From NCBI GenBank assembly GCA_903893485.1, contig CAITMK010000001.1, forward strand, positions 1-44,559: a stretch of 44,559 nt of DNA. Direction: 5' to 3'. The stretch comes from Candidatus Magasanikiibacteriota bacterium. GTDB lineage: Bacteria; Patescibacteriota; Patescibacteriia; Magasanikbacterales; 2-02-FULL-50-9b. The notes under the pieces are model-generated. The model did no database searches. It had not been told where the DNA came from and saw only the letters and a program-made list of their open reading frames with translations. The position numbers were made by a program, and so were the translations under genes. Numbering within the stretch: position 1 is the stretch's first letter; each line of letters opens with the position of its first letter. This document shows, piece after piece, positions 1 to 8,730 of the stretch.

Positions 1-147
1 GACGTCACCCACAAAAATGATACGGTCATCGCGGCACTCAAAAAGCGCTATGATGCGGATGTATTGACCACTACTAGTTCAACACCCGCGGCAAACATTG
101 ACATAATCCTCATTTTAGGGGAGAATGCAAAGGATATAGCACCCTAA
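1..147 (+). CDS. 3' end of a gene, probably LytR_C/LCP-type C-terminal domain (partial)
   Basis: Frame 1 is open from base 1 to TAA at 145-147 and ends ...NIDIILILGENAKDIAP, resembling the DIxxILG end of LytR_C domains; abuts der via TAATATG. Confidence 0.5.
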   Translation, partial: DVTHKNDTVIAALKKRYDADVLTTTSSTPAANIDIILILGENAKDIAP

Positions 148-148
148 T

Positions 149-1522
149 ATGACCGATATTGAACGCCGCCCAGAACTTGTTGACCTTCGCCTCCCTACTA
201 TTGCACTTGTGGGCCGTGTTAATGTTGGTAAATCAACCCTTTTTAATCGCATCGTCGAAAAACGCCAAGCCGTGGTTTCGGATATTCCTGGCACCACTCG
301 AACACGTAACATTGGTATTTTTACCTGGCGCGGTGCGCAGGCGCGCATTATCGACGCGGGTGGTCTTACCTTTCATAACGACCAACCTTTTGAGAAAGAA
401 ATTTTGGAACAAACCAAAATGGCACTTCATGAAGCTGACATTGTCTTTTTTGTGATTGACGTGCGTGAAGGTGTGTTTGTACAAGAACGCGAAATTGCAA
501 AATTTTTGCGCAAACAAAAATTGCCCGTCATGCTCATTGCAAATAAAACCGATGCACCACGCGACCAGGTATTGGTTCACAACGGTGAATTTTTGCAACT
601 TGGTTTTGGCGCGCCACACGCCGTATCTTCACTGAACGGTGTTGGTGTTGGTGACGTACTTGATCAAGCCTTTAAAGTTTTTAACAAAGGTGCACTTCGT
701 CCAAAACAAATTAAAATTAAACCAGACATTAAAGTTGCAATTTTGGGCAAACCAAACGTTGGCAAATCTACTTTGCTTAACCAAATTGCAGGCACGGACA
801 TGGTAATCACTTCACCCGAAGCGCACACCACCCGCGAAACTTTTGACATGCTTGTTAAGTGGAACGACAAATACGTTTCATTTTTGGATACCGCTGGTAT
901 TCGCAAGAAAGCAAAAGTTGACGATGGCTTAGAACGCATTGGCGTAAGCCAAAGTATATACAACATGCAATCAGCCGACGTGGTTATGTTGGTGATCGAC
1001 GCAACCGATCCTGTTTCAGTACAGGAAAAAGTGTTGGCACGTCTCATCGATGAAAAACGTCGCAGCTTAATTGTCCTGGTGAATAAATGGGATTTGATCG
1101 CCGACAAAAGCGAAGAAAATCGTTTGAAATTTATTGATGCATTAAATGCATATTACCCACACATTGCACATGCAGAAATTCTTTTTGTGTCCGCAAAAAG
1201 TGGTTACAAAATTCATCAGCTGTTTGAACTCATCACCGCATGTTACGAAGCGCGTCACAAAGAAATCGATGTGCACACGCTCGACACCTTCATGCGCCAA
1301 CTCATTTCGAAGCATAAACCACAGCGTGGTATTGGTTCAGCGCCACCAAAAATTTACGCACTCAAACAACTTGCAACCGATCCACCAGAATTCCAAATCA
1401 GTGTAAAAGCGCGTACCAGTTTAAATTCGGGCTACATTAAATTCGTAGAACGTGCACTTCGCGAACAATTTGGTTTTGTTGGTACGCCAATTAAAATGTA
1501 TACTAAAAAGATCAAGCAATAA
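149..1522 (+). CDS. der: Ribosome biogenesis GTPase Der (EngA)
   Basis: Two tandem GTPase domains (GRVNVGKST/DAGG/NKTD and GKPNVGKST/DTAG/NKWD) plus C-terminal KH-like domain (FGFVGTPI). Confidence 0.97.
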   Translation: MTDIERRPELVDLRLPTIALVGRVNVGKSTLFNRIVEKRQAVVSDIPGTTRTRNIGIFTWRGAQARIIDAGGLTFHNDQPFEKEILEQTKMALHEADIVFFVIDVREGVFVQEREIAKFLRKQKLPVMLIANKTDAPRDQVLVHNGEFLQLGFGAPHAVSSLNGVGVGDVLDQAFKVFNKGALRPKQIKIKPDIKVAILGKPNVGKSTLLNQIAGTDMVITSPEAHTTRETFDMLVKWNDKYVSFLDTAGIRKKAKVDDGLERIGVSQSIYNMQSADVVMLVIDATDPVSVQEKVLARLIDEKRRSLIVLVNKWDLIADKSEENRLKFIDALNAYYPHIAHAEILFVSAKSGYKIHQLFELITACYEARHKEIDVHTLDTFMRQLISKHKPQRGIGSAPPKIYALKQLATDPPEFQISVKARTSLNSGYIKFVERALREQFGFVGTPIKMYTKKIKQ

Positions 1523-1528
1523 TTTTGT

Positions 1529-2002
1529 ATGTGGCTCATTGTTGGCCTTGGCAATCCTGGCGCGCAGTACGACCGAACGCGACACAATATTGGTTTCCGT
1601 GCCGTAGATTTTTTATCAGAAAAAAATTTGGTTGCAGGCGAAAAAATTATTTTTCTCAAGCCGCAAGACTTCATGAATTTATCTGGCCGCGCGGTTGCAG
1701 AAAAAATTAATTTCTACAAAATTCCTCATGATCATTTAGTTGTGATTCATGACGATTTGGATTTTACATTTGGCGCCGTGAAAGCGCAGTTCGATCGATC
1801 AGCTGCTGGTCACAACGGCATCATCGACATCATCGAAAAAATTGGCGGTCAAGATTTTCACCGCATTCGCGTTGGCATTGGTCCACAAACTGGCGCCGCA
1901 GAAAATTTTGTATTACAACCCTTCACCACCGAAGAAGAAAAGCAATTTCCAGAAATATTTGACAAAGTTTTGAGCCTCGTGCAAGATATCGTCAAGATTT
2001 AA
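1529..2002 (+). CDS. pth: Peptidyl-tRNA hydrolase
   Basis: LIVGLGNPG...TRHNIG, FMNLSG, HDDLD, GHNG motifs. Confidence 0.96.
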   Translation: MWLIVGLGNPGAQYDRTRHNIGFRAVDFLSEKNLVAGEKIIFLKPQDFMNLSGRAVAEKINFYKIPHDHLVVIHDDLDFTFGAVKAQFDRSAAGHNGIIDIIEKIGGQDFHRIRVGIGPQTGAAENFVLQPFTTEEEKQFPEIFDKVLSLVQDIVKI

Positions 2003-2017
2003 AAACTTAAAAACACT

Positions 2018-2890
2018 ATGCAAGGAGGAGCATCGTCTGTTTTGTGTATCGAATTTTCTGATTCACGGTATCCAGCGCAACTGCGCGAGATCACGGATCC
2101 GCCAATGCAGTTATATGTACGCGGCAATCCGGATGTATTATCCGGTCCAATTATCAGCATCGTCGGTTCGCGCAAAAGTTCTGTGTATGGCCACAAGGTG
2201 GTATGCGAATTTGTGCCGCGCCTATTGCCAGCCGCTGCAATTTGCTCCGGTCTTGCGCTTGGTATCGATTCCGCAGCCCATGCCGCAACGCTGGAAAATA
2301 AAGGAATTACCATTGCCGTTTTGGGCAGCGGCGTTGACGACGAAAATATTTATCCCAAAAGTCATTTGCGTTTAGCGCATCGCATTATTGCAAGCGGCGG
2401 CTGTGTAATTTCGGAATATCCGTGCGGTACACAAGCGTTTAAAAGTCAGTTCCCCGCTCGCAACAGAATTATCGCCGGGCTAGCGCGCGCAATTGTAATT
2501 GTTGAAGCCGACGAAGATTCCGGCACCATGATCACTGCCAATCGCGCGCTGGATTATAACCGCGATGTATTTGCGGTTCCCGGATCAGTATTTTCACCTA
2601 CGTCACGTGGCACACACAAACTTCTTTCAAGCGGCGCACGCATCGCAGCATCGCCTGAACACATTTTGCAGGCGCTACAATTTGAGATTCCACCAGCACT
2701 GCAACAGCAACGATTACTGCTTGCACCCGATGAATCTGAGCTTTTTAAACAGCTTTCATCCGAACCAATTTCACTCGACGCACTTGCCCAAAAACTTAAT
2801 CGTCCAATCATTGAAATCGCGCAAATCATGATGAGATTGGAGTTGCTTGGGGCTGTCACGAAAGTGCCTGGACGCGGGTATCTAGTTTGA
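2018..2890 (+). CDS. dprA: DNA-processing protein DprA
   Basis: IVGSR, SGLALGID, FPARNRIIAGL, AVPG motifs, C-terminal winged helix; classic dprA-topA synteny. Confidence 0.95.
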   Translation: MQGGASSVLCIEFSDSRYPAQLREITDPPMQLYVRGNPDVLSGPIISIVGSRKSSVYGHKVVCEFVPRLLPAAAICSGLALGIDSAAHAATLENKGITIAVLGSGVDDENIYPKSHLRLAHRIIASGGCVISEYPCGTQAFKSQFPARNRIIAGLARAIVIVEADEDSGTMITANRALDYNRDVFAVPGSVFSPTSRGTHKLLSSGARIAASPEHILQALQFEIPPALQQQRLLLAPDESELFKQLSSEPISLDALAQKLNRPIIEIAQIMMRLELLGAVTKVPGRGYLV

Positions 2891-2915
2891 CAAAACCGCT
2901 AAAAGCGCGTATGTT
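2887..2915 (+). promoter_or_regulatory. sigma70 promoter of topA (near-leaderless)
   Basis: TTGACA-17 bp-TATGTT, with ATG only 9 nt after the -10 box. Confidence 0.7.
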
Positions 2916-2924
2916 CATATACAT

Positions 2925-5066
2925 ATGTCCAAACTTGTTATTGTAGAGTCTCCTACCAAAGCCAAAACGATAGCTAAGTTTTTGGGCAAAGGTTACGTGG
3001 TCGAATCTTCATTCGGCCATATTCGTGATCTGCCAAAATCAAAGCTCGGTGTGGACACCGAACATGATTTCGAAGTGAAATATTTAGTGCCTCGCGACAA
3101 AACTGCGCGCGTAAAAGAATTAAAAAAACTTGCGGCAGCGGCCGATGAAATCTTATTCGCGACAGATGAAGATCGCGAAGGAGAAGCAATTTCATGGCAC
3201 CTTGCGGAAGTGCTCGGCGAAAATCCAGCAAAAATTAAACGCATCACGTTTCACGAAATTACCAAAAAAGCGATCGAACATGCAATCGAACATCCACGCA
3301 AATTAGATTTATACATGGTGGATGCGCAGCAAGCACGCCGCATTGTTGATCGCCTCGTGGGCTATGAACTCTCACCATTTTTATGGAAAAAAGTTCGCGG
3401 TGGGTTATCTGCAGGCCGTGTTCAATCAGTTACCGTACGTCTCATCGTTGAACGCGAACGCGAAATCCAAGCATTCGTTCCGGAAGAATATTGGACCATT
3501 GATGCCCTGCTCCGCGCTGATGCAACAACTTTTGAATCAAAACTTTCTGCAATTAACGGCGAAAAATTAGATAAATTTGCAATCAAAACCGCCGACGAAG
3601 CGCGCGCAATTGAACAAGCACTTGCCAGTGTAAAACTCACCATCGACGCGGTGGAGAAAAAAGGTGCAACTCGCCAAGCACCAGCACCATTTACCACTTC
3701 AACACTTCAGCAAGAGGCTAATCGCCGTCTTGGTGCCACCGCAAAACTCACCATGATGCTTGCGCAGAAGTTATACGAACTTGGTCACATCACCTACATG
3801 CGTACCGACTCGGTAAACATGAGTACTGATTTTCAGGCAGCAGCAGTAAGCTACATTACCAGCACGTTTGGCGCAGAGTACACCACAGGTCCTCGCAGCT
3901 ACACCAGCAAATCAAAAGGCGCGCAAGAAGCCCACGAAGCAATTCGCCCAACAGATGTTACTGCAACCGCGGAACGCCTTGCTTCAACCGGCGTTGACCC
4001 AAAAATGATTAAAATGTACGAACTCATTTGGCGTCGCGCAGTTGCATCCCAAATGTCTGGCGCAGAATTTACCCAGACAGGTATTGATATTTCAGGCACC
4101 GGCACGGACAAGAAAAAATATACCTTCCGTGCAACCGGACAAATCATTAAATTTTCAGGTTTCATGGCCGTGTATCCAGATGCGCAAAAAGAAACGATCA
4201 TGCCGGACGTAAAAGAAGGCCAGGCAATCGGGATTGAATCGCTCAGCGGCGTGCAACATTTTACCGAACCGCCAGCACGATACAGCGACGCATCAATCGT
4301 TAAAGCGCTCGAAGAATACGGCATTGGCCGCCCATCAACCTACGCGCCAACAATTGCAACCGTTATTGATCGCGGCTATGTTGAACGCGATGACCGCCGA
4401 CTCAAACCAACTGAAATCGCGTTTACGGTAACCGATATGCTTGTTGCGCATTTTCCACAAATCACTGATTACGAATTTACCGCGGACATCGAATCACAGC
4501 TCGACGGAATTGCAGAAGGCGAAAAAGAATTAGTGCCCGTGCTCCATCATTTTTACGATCCATTCAAAAAAAATCTGATCGAAAAAACAAAATCAGTTGT
4601 TGCAGAAAAACCAGCTGATATTCCAACCGACGAAATTTGTGACAAGTGTCAAAAACCAATGGTAATCAAAACCGGCCGCTTTGGTAAATTTTTAGCATGT
4701 ACCGGTTATCCTGCGTGTAAAAATACTAAACCTATTTTTGTTCCAAGCGGAGTAAAGTGCCCAGTCTGTAACGAAGGCGACATCATCGAACGTCGCTCAC
4801 GTTTTGGTAAATTATTTTATTCCTGCAGCCGCTATCCAGATTGCAAAAATGCGTATTGGGACAAGCCAACCGGCGAATTATGCACCACGTGTGGTGCCAT
4901 GATCGTCCAACCACTTAAGGGCGAAGCACGATGCAGCAACAAAGAATGTAAAACCAACGAAGGCCGACCAAAAGGCCGCGGCGGATTTAAAAAGAAGGTG
5001 GTTGAACCCGAAGTTGTAGCCGCTGAGCCAGTGAAAAAGAAAAGAGCGCCCCGAAAAAGCAAATAG
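2925..5066 (+). CDS. topA: DNA topoisomerase I
   Basis: LVIVESP, ATDEDREGE (TOPRIM), SAGRVQ, ITYMRTDS (catalytic Tyr), C-terminal Cys4 zinc ribbons and Lys-rich tail. Confidence 0.98.
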   Translation: MSKLVIVESPTKAKTIAKFLGKGYVVESSFGHIRDLPKSKLGVDTEHDFEVKYLVPRDKTARVKELKKLAAAADEILFATDEDREGEAISWHLAEVLGENPAKIKRITFHEITKKAIEHAIEHPRKLDLYMVDAQQARRIVDRLVGYELSPFLWKKVRGGLSAGRVQSVTVRLIVEREREIQAFVPEEYWTIDALLRADATTFESKLSAINGEKLDKFAIKTADEARAIEQALASVKLTIDAVEKKGATRQAPAPFTTSTLQQEANRRLGATAKLTMMLAQKLYELGHITYMRTDSVNMSTDFQAAAVSYITSTFGAEYTTGPRSYTSKSKGAQEAHEAIRPTDVTATAERLASTGVDPKMIKMYELIWRRAVASQMSGAEFTQTGIDISGTGTDKKKYTFRATGQIIKFSGFMAVYPDAQKETIMPDVKEGQAIGIESLSGVQHFTEPPARYSDASIVKALEEYGIGRPSTYAPTIATVIDRGYVERDDRRLKPTEIAFTVTDMLVAHFPQITDYEFTADIESQLDGIAEGEKELVPVLHHFYDPFKKNLIEKTKSVVAEKPADIPTDEICDKCQKPMVIKTGRFGKFLACTGYPACKNTKPIFVPSGVKCPVCNEGDIIERRSRFGKLFYSCSRYPDCKNAYWDKPTGELCTTCGAMIVQPLKGEARCSNKECKTNEGRPKGRGGFKKKVVEPEVVAAEPVKKKRAPRKSK

Positions 5067-5074
5067 GTACTACA

Positions 5075-5102
5075 GAAAAACCGCCCTTACGGGCGGTTTT
5101 TC
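5075..5102. terminator. Bidirectional intrinsic terminator (topA / minus-strand sRNA-A)
   Basis: GAAAAACCGCCC-TTAC-GGGCGGTTTTTC, perfect stem giving a U-tract in both directions. Confidence 0.9.
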
Positions 5103-5168
5103 AATGTTTGCGCTACTGATTCAATCCCGTTGGCCTGTAGTGATACGGACCAGGGATGAGCAGCGCGT
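5075..5168 (-). ncRNA. Putative small RNA A (~94 nt, long hairpin with loop CGUAUCACUACA)
   Basis: Minus-strand TTGCCA-17-TATATT promoter; stems GCGCUGCU/AGUAGCGC, AUCCC/GGGAU, UGGUC/GGCCA with G-U pairs only on the minus strand; ends in the shared terminator. Confidence 0.6.
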
Positions 5169-5175
5169 AGACCAA

Positions 5176-5204
5176 AATATACCAGAAAAAAATAAGCCTG
5201 GCAA
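5176..5204 (-). promoter_or_regulatory. sigma70 promoter of sRNA-A
   Basis: TTGCCA (5204-5199), 17 bp, TATATT (5181-5176). Confidence 0.65.
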
Positions 5205-5231
5205 GTATTTTTTCTATGGTTTTACGGTGAC

Positions 5232-5346
5232 TCTCTCGGGGGTCATCCGCAGGCGCGGCGGCCCGGAGTCTTGGCCGCGCCAAGACGAGCCGCGTCGAGG
5301 CCGAGCGCAAAATCCCGGCGAGGATTTTGACGCGACCCCCAAGAGA
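5232..5346. repeat. ~100-bp structured palindromic repeat, copy 1 (REP/MITE-like)
   Basis: GGGGTCATCCGCAGGC...GAGGCCGAGCGCAAAATCCC...GGATTTTGACGCGACCCC, shared with 9080-9180; terminal IR GGGGTC/GACCCC. Confidence 0.85.
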
Positions 5347-5361
5347 AACTCCGGAAAATCA

Positions 5362-5390
5362 TTGACACTTTTTACCAATTTTTTTATACT
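5362..5390 (+). promoter_or_regulatory. sigma70 promoter of sRNA-B
   Basis: Near-consensus TTGACA-17-TATACT; predicted +1 at A5397. Confidence 0.8.
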
Positions 5391-5396
5391 GGTACC

Positions 5397-5477
5397 AGTG
5401 ATACGGACCGGCAAAATCACCAATTGTTGGCCCAAAAAAGTCCTGCTTGCAAAACTTGCTCGCACGGGCTTTTTTGC
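5397..5477 (+). ncRNA. Putative small RNA B (~80 nt)
   Basis: Starts 7 nt after TATACT; hairpin GGACCGGCAA/UUGUUGGCCC; terminator AAAAAAGUCC-UGC...GCA-CGGGCUUUUUU (5434-5475); rel has a separate downstream promoter. Confidence 0.65.
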
Positions 5478-5487
5478 TTTTTTACCC

Positions 5488-5516
5488 TTGTCAGGACATC
5501 TTTTTTCCGTTATGCT
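5488..5516 (+). promoter_or_regulatory. sigma70 promoter of rel
   Basis: TTGTCA-17-TATGCT, 21 nt before the ATG. Confidence 0.6.
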
Positions 5517-5537
5517 CTGTATTAGATTGTCTTTCAT

Positions 5538-7034
5538 ATGCAACATCCTCAAGATATTCCGCCGCCAGAAAATCCAACTTTGCAATTATTGCTCGATACC
5601 ATTCGTGAACGCCGCCCCACGGCCGATCTCACCATGGTGCAGTTAGCGTACGAATTTGCAGATGCAGCTCACTCCGGGCAAATTCGTAAGTCTGGCGTAC
5701 CATACATCATTCATCCGCTGTGCACTGCCATTACGCTTGCACAAATGAATTTAGATCCAGTGGTGGTAGTTGCCGGTCTTTTGCACGATGTTCCAGAAGA
5801 TACCGCCGTAACAATCGAAGAGCTTGAAAAAAACTTTGGAAAAGAAGTTGCGCATTTAGTTGCAGGCGTTACCAAGCTTGGTAAAATTAAATATCGCGGC
5901 ATCGAACGCTACATCGAAAATTTGCGTAAAATGTTTGTGGCCATGGCCGAGGATATTCGCGTCATCATTATTAAGTTTGCGGATCGCTTGCATAATTTAA
6001 ACACGCTCGAACATTTGCCACCAAAAAAACAATATCGCGTCGCGCTCGAAACTTTGGAAATTTATGCGCCAATCGCGAACCGATTAGGTATGGGGGAAAT
6101 GAAAGGTCAACTCGAAGATTTGTCTTTCAAATATGTGTACCCAAAAGAATATGCATGGGTGCGCGGCTTAGTTGAAGAACGCTCTGAACAAAAAGAAGCA
6201 TACATTAATGAAGTGAGTCAAAAACTTGAAGCGGAATTAGCAAAACAAAATATCCCTGTCGTTTCCGTAAGCGGCCGATTAAAACGTTTGTACAGTTTGT
6301 ACGAAAAATTATTACGTCACGACAAAGACATTGAAAAAATTCATGATTTAGTTGCGCTGCGTGTGATTGTAAAAAATGCCGCGGACTGCTACACCGCACT
6401 GGGCGTGATTCATAATATTTGGCGCCCCATGCCCGGCCGTTTTAAAGATTATATTGCACAACCAAAACCAAATGGGTATCAATCACTGCACACCACGGTT
6501 TTTGCCGAGCAAGGTAAAATTGTTGAATTTCAAATTCGCGATGAAGAGCAAAATATGAACGCCGAATTTGGTATTGCCGCACATTGGGTGTATGACGAAA
6601 CTGGATCAAAAGCAACGAAACAAATTAAGTGGGTGCGCGAATTGGCGGCCGCGGGCGATGCGATGACGCGCCTCAAAGATTTAGAAAATTTAAAAATTGA
6701 TATTTTTGAAAATCGCATTTTTGTGTTTACCCCAAAAGGCGATGTGATTGATTTGCCAGAAAACGCAACGCCCGTTGATTTTGCATTTGCGGTTCACACC
6801 CAAATCGGCAATCAATGTGCGGGCGCGCGCGTGAATGATCGCATTGTAAGTTTGGACCAACCATTAAAATCCGGTGACGTAATCGACATCATTGTTGATA
6901 AATCAAAAAAAGGCCCAAGCGCCGATTGGATTAAATTTGTAAAAACAACTCACGCAAAAACGTGCATCAAACAATATAGCAAAACGTCACTTGCAAATTG
7001 GCTGAAGCGCGCACTACCAACTCGTGGAAAATAA
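5538..7034 (+). CDS. rel: RelA/SpoT (p)ppGpp synthetase/hydrolase, C-terminally short
   Basis: PYIIHP, LLHDVPED (HD), KFADRLHN, KPNGYQSLHT, EFQIR, TGS (FTPKG..TPVDFAF); 498 aa with no ZFD/ACT. Confidence 0.95.
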   Translation: MQHPQDIPPPENPTLQLLLDTIRERRPTADLTMVQLAYEFADAAHSGQIRKSGVPYIIHPLCTAITLAQMNLDPVVVVAGLLHDVPEDTAVTIEELEKNFGKEVAHLVAGVTKLGKIKYRGIERYIENLRKMFVAMAEDIRVIIIKFADRLHNLNTLEHLPPKKQYRVALETLEIYAPIANRLGMGEMKGQLEDLSFKYVYPKEYAWVRGLVEERSEQKEAYINEVSQKLEAELAKQNIPVVSVSGRLKRLYSLYEKLLRHDKDIEKIHDLVALRVIVKNAADCYTALGVIHNIWRPMPGRFKDYIAQPKPNGYQSLHTTVFAEQGKIVEFQIRDEEQNMNAEFGIAAHWVYDETGSKATKQIKWVRELAAAGDAMTRLKDLENLKIDIFENRIFVFTPKGDVIDLPENATPVDFAFAVHTQIGNQCAGARVNDRIVSLDQPLKSGDVIDIIVDKSKKGPSADWIKFVKTTHAKTCIKQYSKTSLANWLKRALPTRGK

Positions 7035-7035
7035 A

Positions 7036-7908
7036 TTACATTTTTCGCATTCGCGCCACTAAATTTTCCAACTCTTCATTGGAATAAAATTCAATAATAA
7101 TCGTTCCCTTTTCGCCGCGCTTGGTGATGCTCACTTTGGTTCCGAGCGCAGTGCGTAATTCAGATTCTAAATATTGTACGTCCGTTGCTTTTGGACGACT
7201 TGGCATGCGTGTGCGATTTTGTACCGCGGCTTCAACTTCGCGCGTGGTCATTCCTTCACCCAACATACTCGCTAAAACTTCGAGTTGTTCTTTTTCTGAT
7301 GATAAACTAAGCAGCGCGCGCGCTTTGCCCATGGTAATTTTTCCTTGGGTAAGCGCCTCTGCGGCTTGTTCTGGAAGTTCGAGCAAACGCACCATGTTGG
7401 ATACATGCGGGCGCGATTTGCCAACACGCTGGCCGACATCGTCGTAGGTCATGCCAAATTCGTCGTGCAAACGTTTGTAACTATATGCTTCGTCGATTGC
7501 GGACAAATCAACACGCTGCACATTTTCGATAATTGCAAGTTCCAATTTTTCGTGATTACTTGCGGTGCGCACGAGCGCCGGAATCGTAACAAGGCCCGCA
7601 CGTTTTGATGCGCGCAAACGTCGCTCACCAGCAATTAATTCATATCCGCCGTCATTTTTTTCCGTCACGACAATTGGCTGCATCACCCCATGTTCGCGAA
7701 TACTATTTTCAAGTTCGCGTAATTCTTCATCGTTAAATGAACGACGTGGCTGATTTGGATTTGGAAAAATTTGGTCAAGAGGAATTTGCCAAACACGCTC
7801 GCTCGAAAGTTGTGCCGCAGCTATTGGCGCCGTAATTGGCGTTACTGCTGGCGCATCTTTTGGTTTATTTTGTTGAATGATAGATTGTAATCCTCTGCCA
7901 AGTGCCAT
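7036..7908 (-). CDS. parB: ParB/Spo0J partition protein
   Basis: LGRGL N-terminus, NPNQPR, IAGERRLRA, ENVQR, HTH. Confidence 0.96.
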   Translation of the reverse strand: MALGRGLQSIIQQNKPKDAPAVTPITAPIAAAQLSSERVWQIPLDQIFPNPNQPRRSFNDEELRELENSIREHGVMQPIVVTEKNDGGYELIAGERRLRASKRAGLVTIPALVRTASNHEKLELAIIENVQRVDLSAIDEAYSYKRLHDEFGMTYDDVGQRVGKSRPHVSNMVRLLELPEQAAEALTQGKITMGKARALLSLSSEKEQLEVLASMLGEGMTTREVEAAVQNRTRMPSRPKATDVQYLESELRTALGTKVSITKRGEKGTIIIEFYSNEELENLVARMRKM

Positions 7909-7913
7909 ATTTT

Positions 7914-8720
7914 TTAAACAACAAAGTTTTTAACAGGAGCATTTGCTTCATCTTCTGCCGCGTGCGTTGCCAAAATTTCATCAGCAAGCGCATCATACGC
8001 AACCGCACCACGAGAAAATTTATCGTACTGCATAATTACTTTCCCAAAACTTGGCGCTTCTGCTAATTTCACGTTGCGCGGAATAACGGTAGTAAAAATT
8101 TTGTTTGGAAAAAATTTGCGAAGCTCGCCTTCGACGTCTTTTGATAATTTATTTTGCGAACTAAACATGGTAATCACTGCACCTAAAATTTTAACCGTTG
8201 GATTAATACTTTCGCGCACCAATTCAATGGTTTCTAAAAGCTGACCCAAACCCTCGAGCGCATAATATTCTGCTTGCACCGGAATTAAAATTTCGTCGGC
8301 AGCAACCAGTGAATTCACGGTTAAAAGACCGAGCGATGGCGGGCAATCAATGATTACGTAATCGTAGGAATGCGCTGATTCCTGAAGCAAATCGCGCAAA
8401 CGAAATTCGCGGCGATCAACGCTAACTAATTCAACGTTGGCGCCGGCAAGTGCCGGAGTTGCAGGTGCAATTCTGAAACCGTCAACGGATGTTTCGTGGA
8501 TAATATCGCGAAAATTTTTGTCACCAACTAATGCGTCATATAAACCATGCGCCAACTCGCGATAACTTTGGCCAACGCCGCTGGTTGCATTTGCCTGCGG
8601 ATCCATATCAACCAACAAAACAAATTTGCCTTTATCCGCCAAATAACTCGCAACATTAATAGCTGTGGTAGTCTTACCGACACCGCCTTTTTGATTCACA
8701 ACCGCAATAATTCTACCCAT
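7914..8720 (-). CDS. parA: ParA/Soj ATPase (start reassigned to MGRIIAVVNQKGG)
   Basis: KGGVGKTT, DMDPQAN, IIDCPPSLG, EAPSFG; the ORF extension to 8837 would overlap tRNA-Leu. Confidence 0.96.
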   Translation of the reverse strand: MGRIIAVVNQKGGVGKTTTAINVASYLADKGKFVLLVDMDPQANATSGVGQSYRELAHGLYDALVGDKNFRDIIHETSVDGFRIAPATPALAGANVELVSVDRREFRLRDLLQESAHSYDYVIIDCPPSLGLLTVNSLVAADEILIPVQAEYYALEGLGQLLETIELVRESINPTVKILGAVITMFSSQNKLSKDVEGELRKFFPNKIFTTVIPRNVKLAEAPSFGKVIMQYDKFSRGAVAYDALADEILATHAAEDEANAPVKNFVV

Positions 8721-8730
8721 AGATGACGGC

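Noticed and set aside
5239-5339. Repeat as a hammerhead, HDV/theta, twister or pistol ribozyme
   Set aside because: I could not find the catalytic-core consensus (e.g. CUGANGA/GAAA) on either strand
5139-5409. 13-bp direct repeat as a CRISPR remnant or target-site duplication
   Set aside because: Only two copies 258 bp apart, too short for a CRISPR repeat, no cas genes, and they do not abut the ends of the 100-bp element
5104-5646. ORFs of 180, 123 and 65 aa across the topA-rel spacer
   Set aside because: They run through promoters, terminators and the repeat, overlap rel and show no protein motifs
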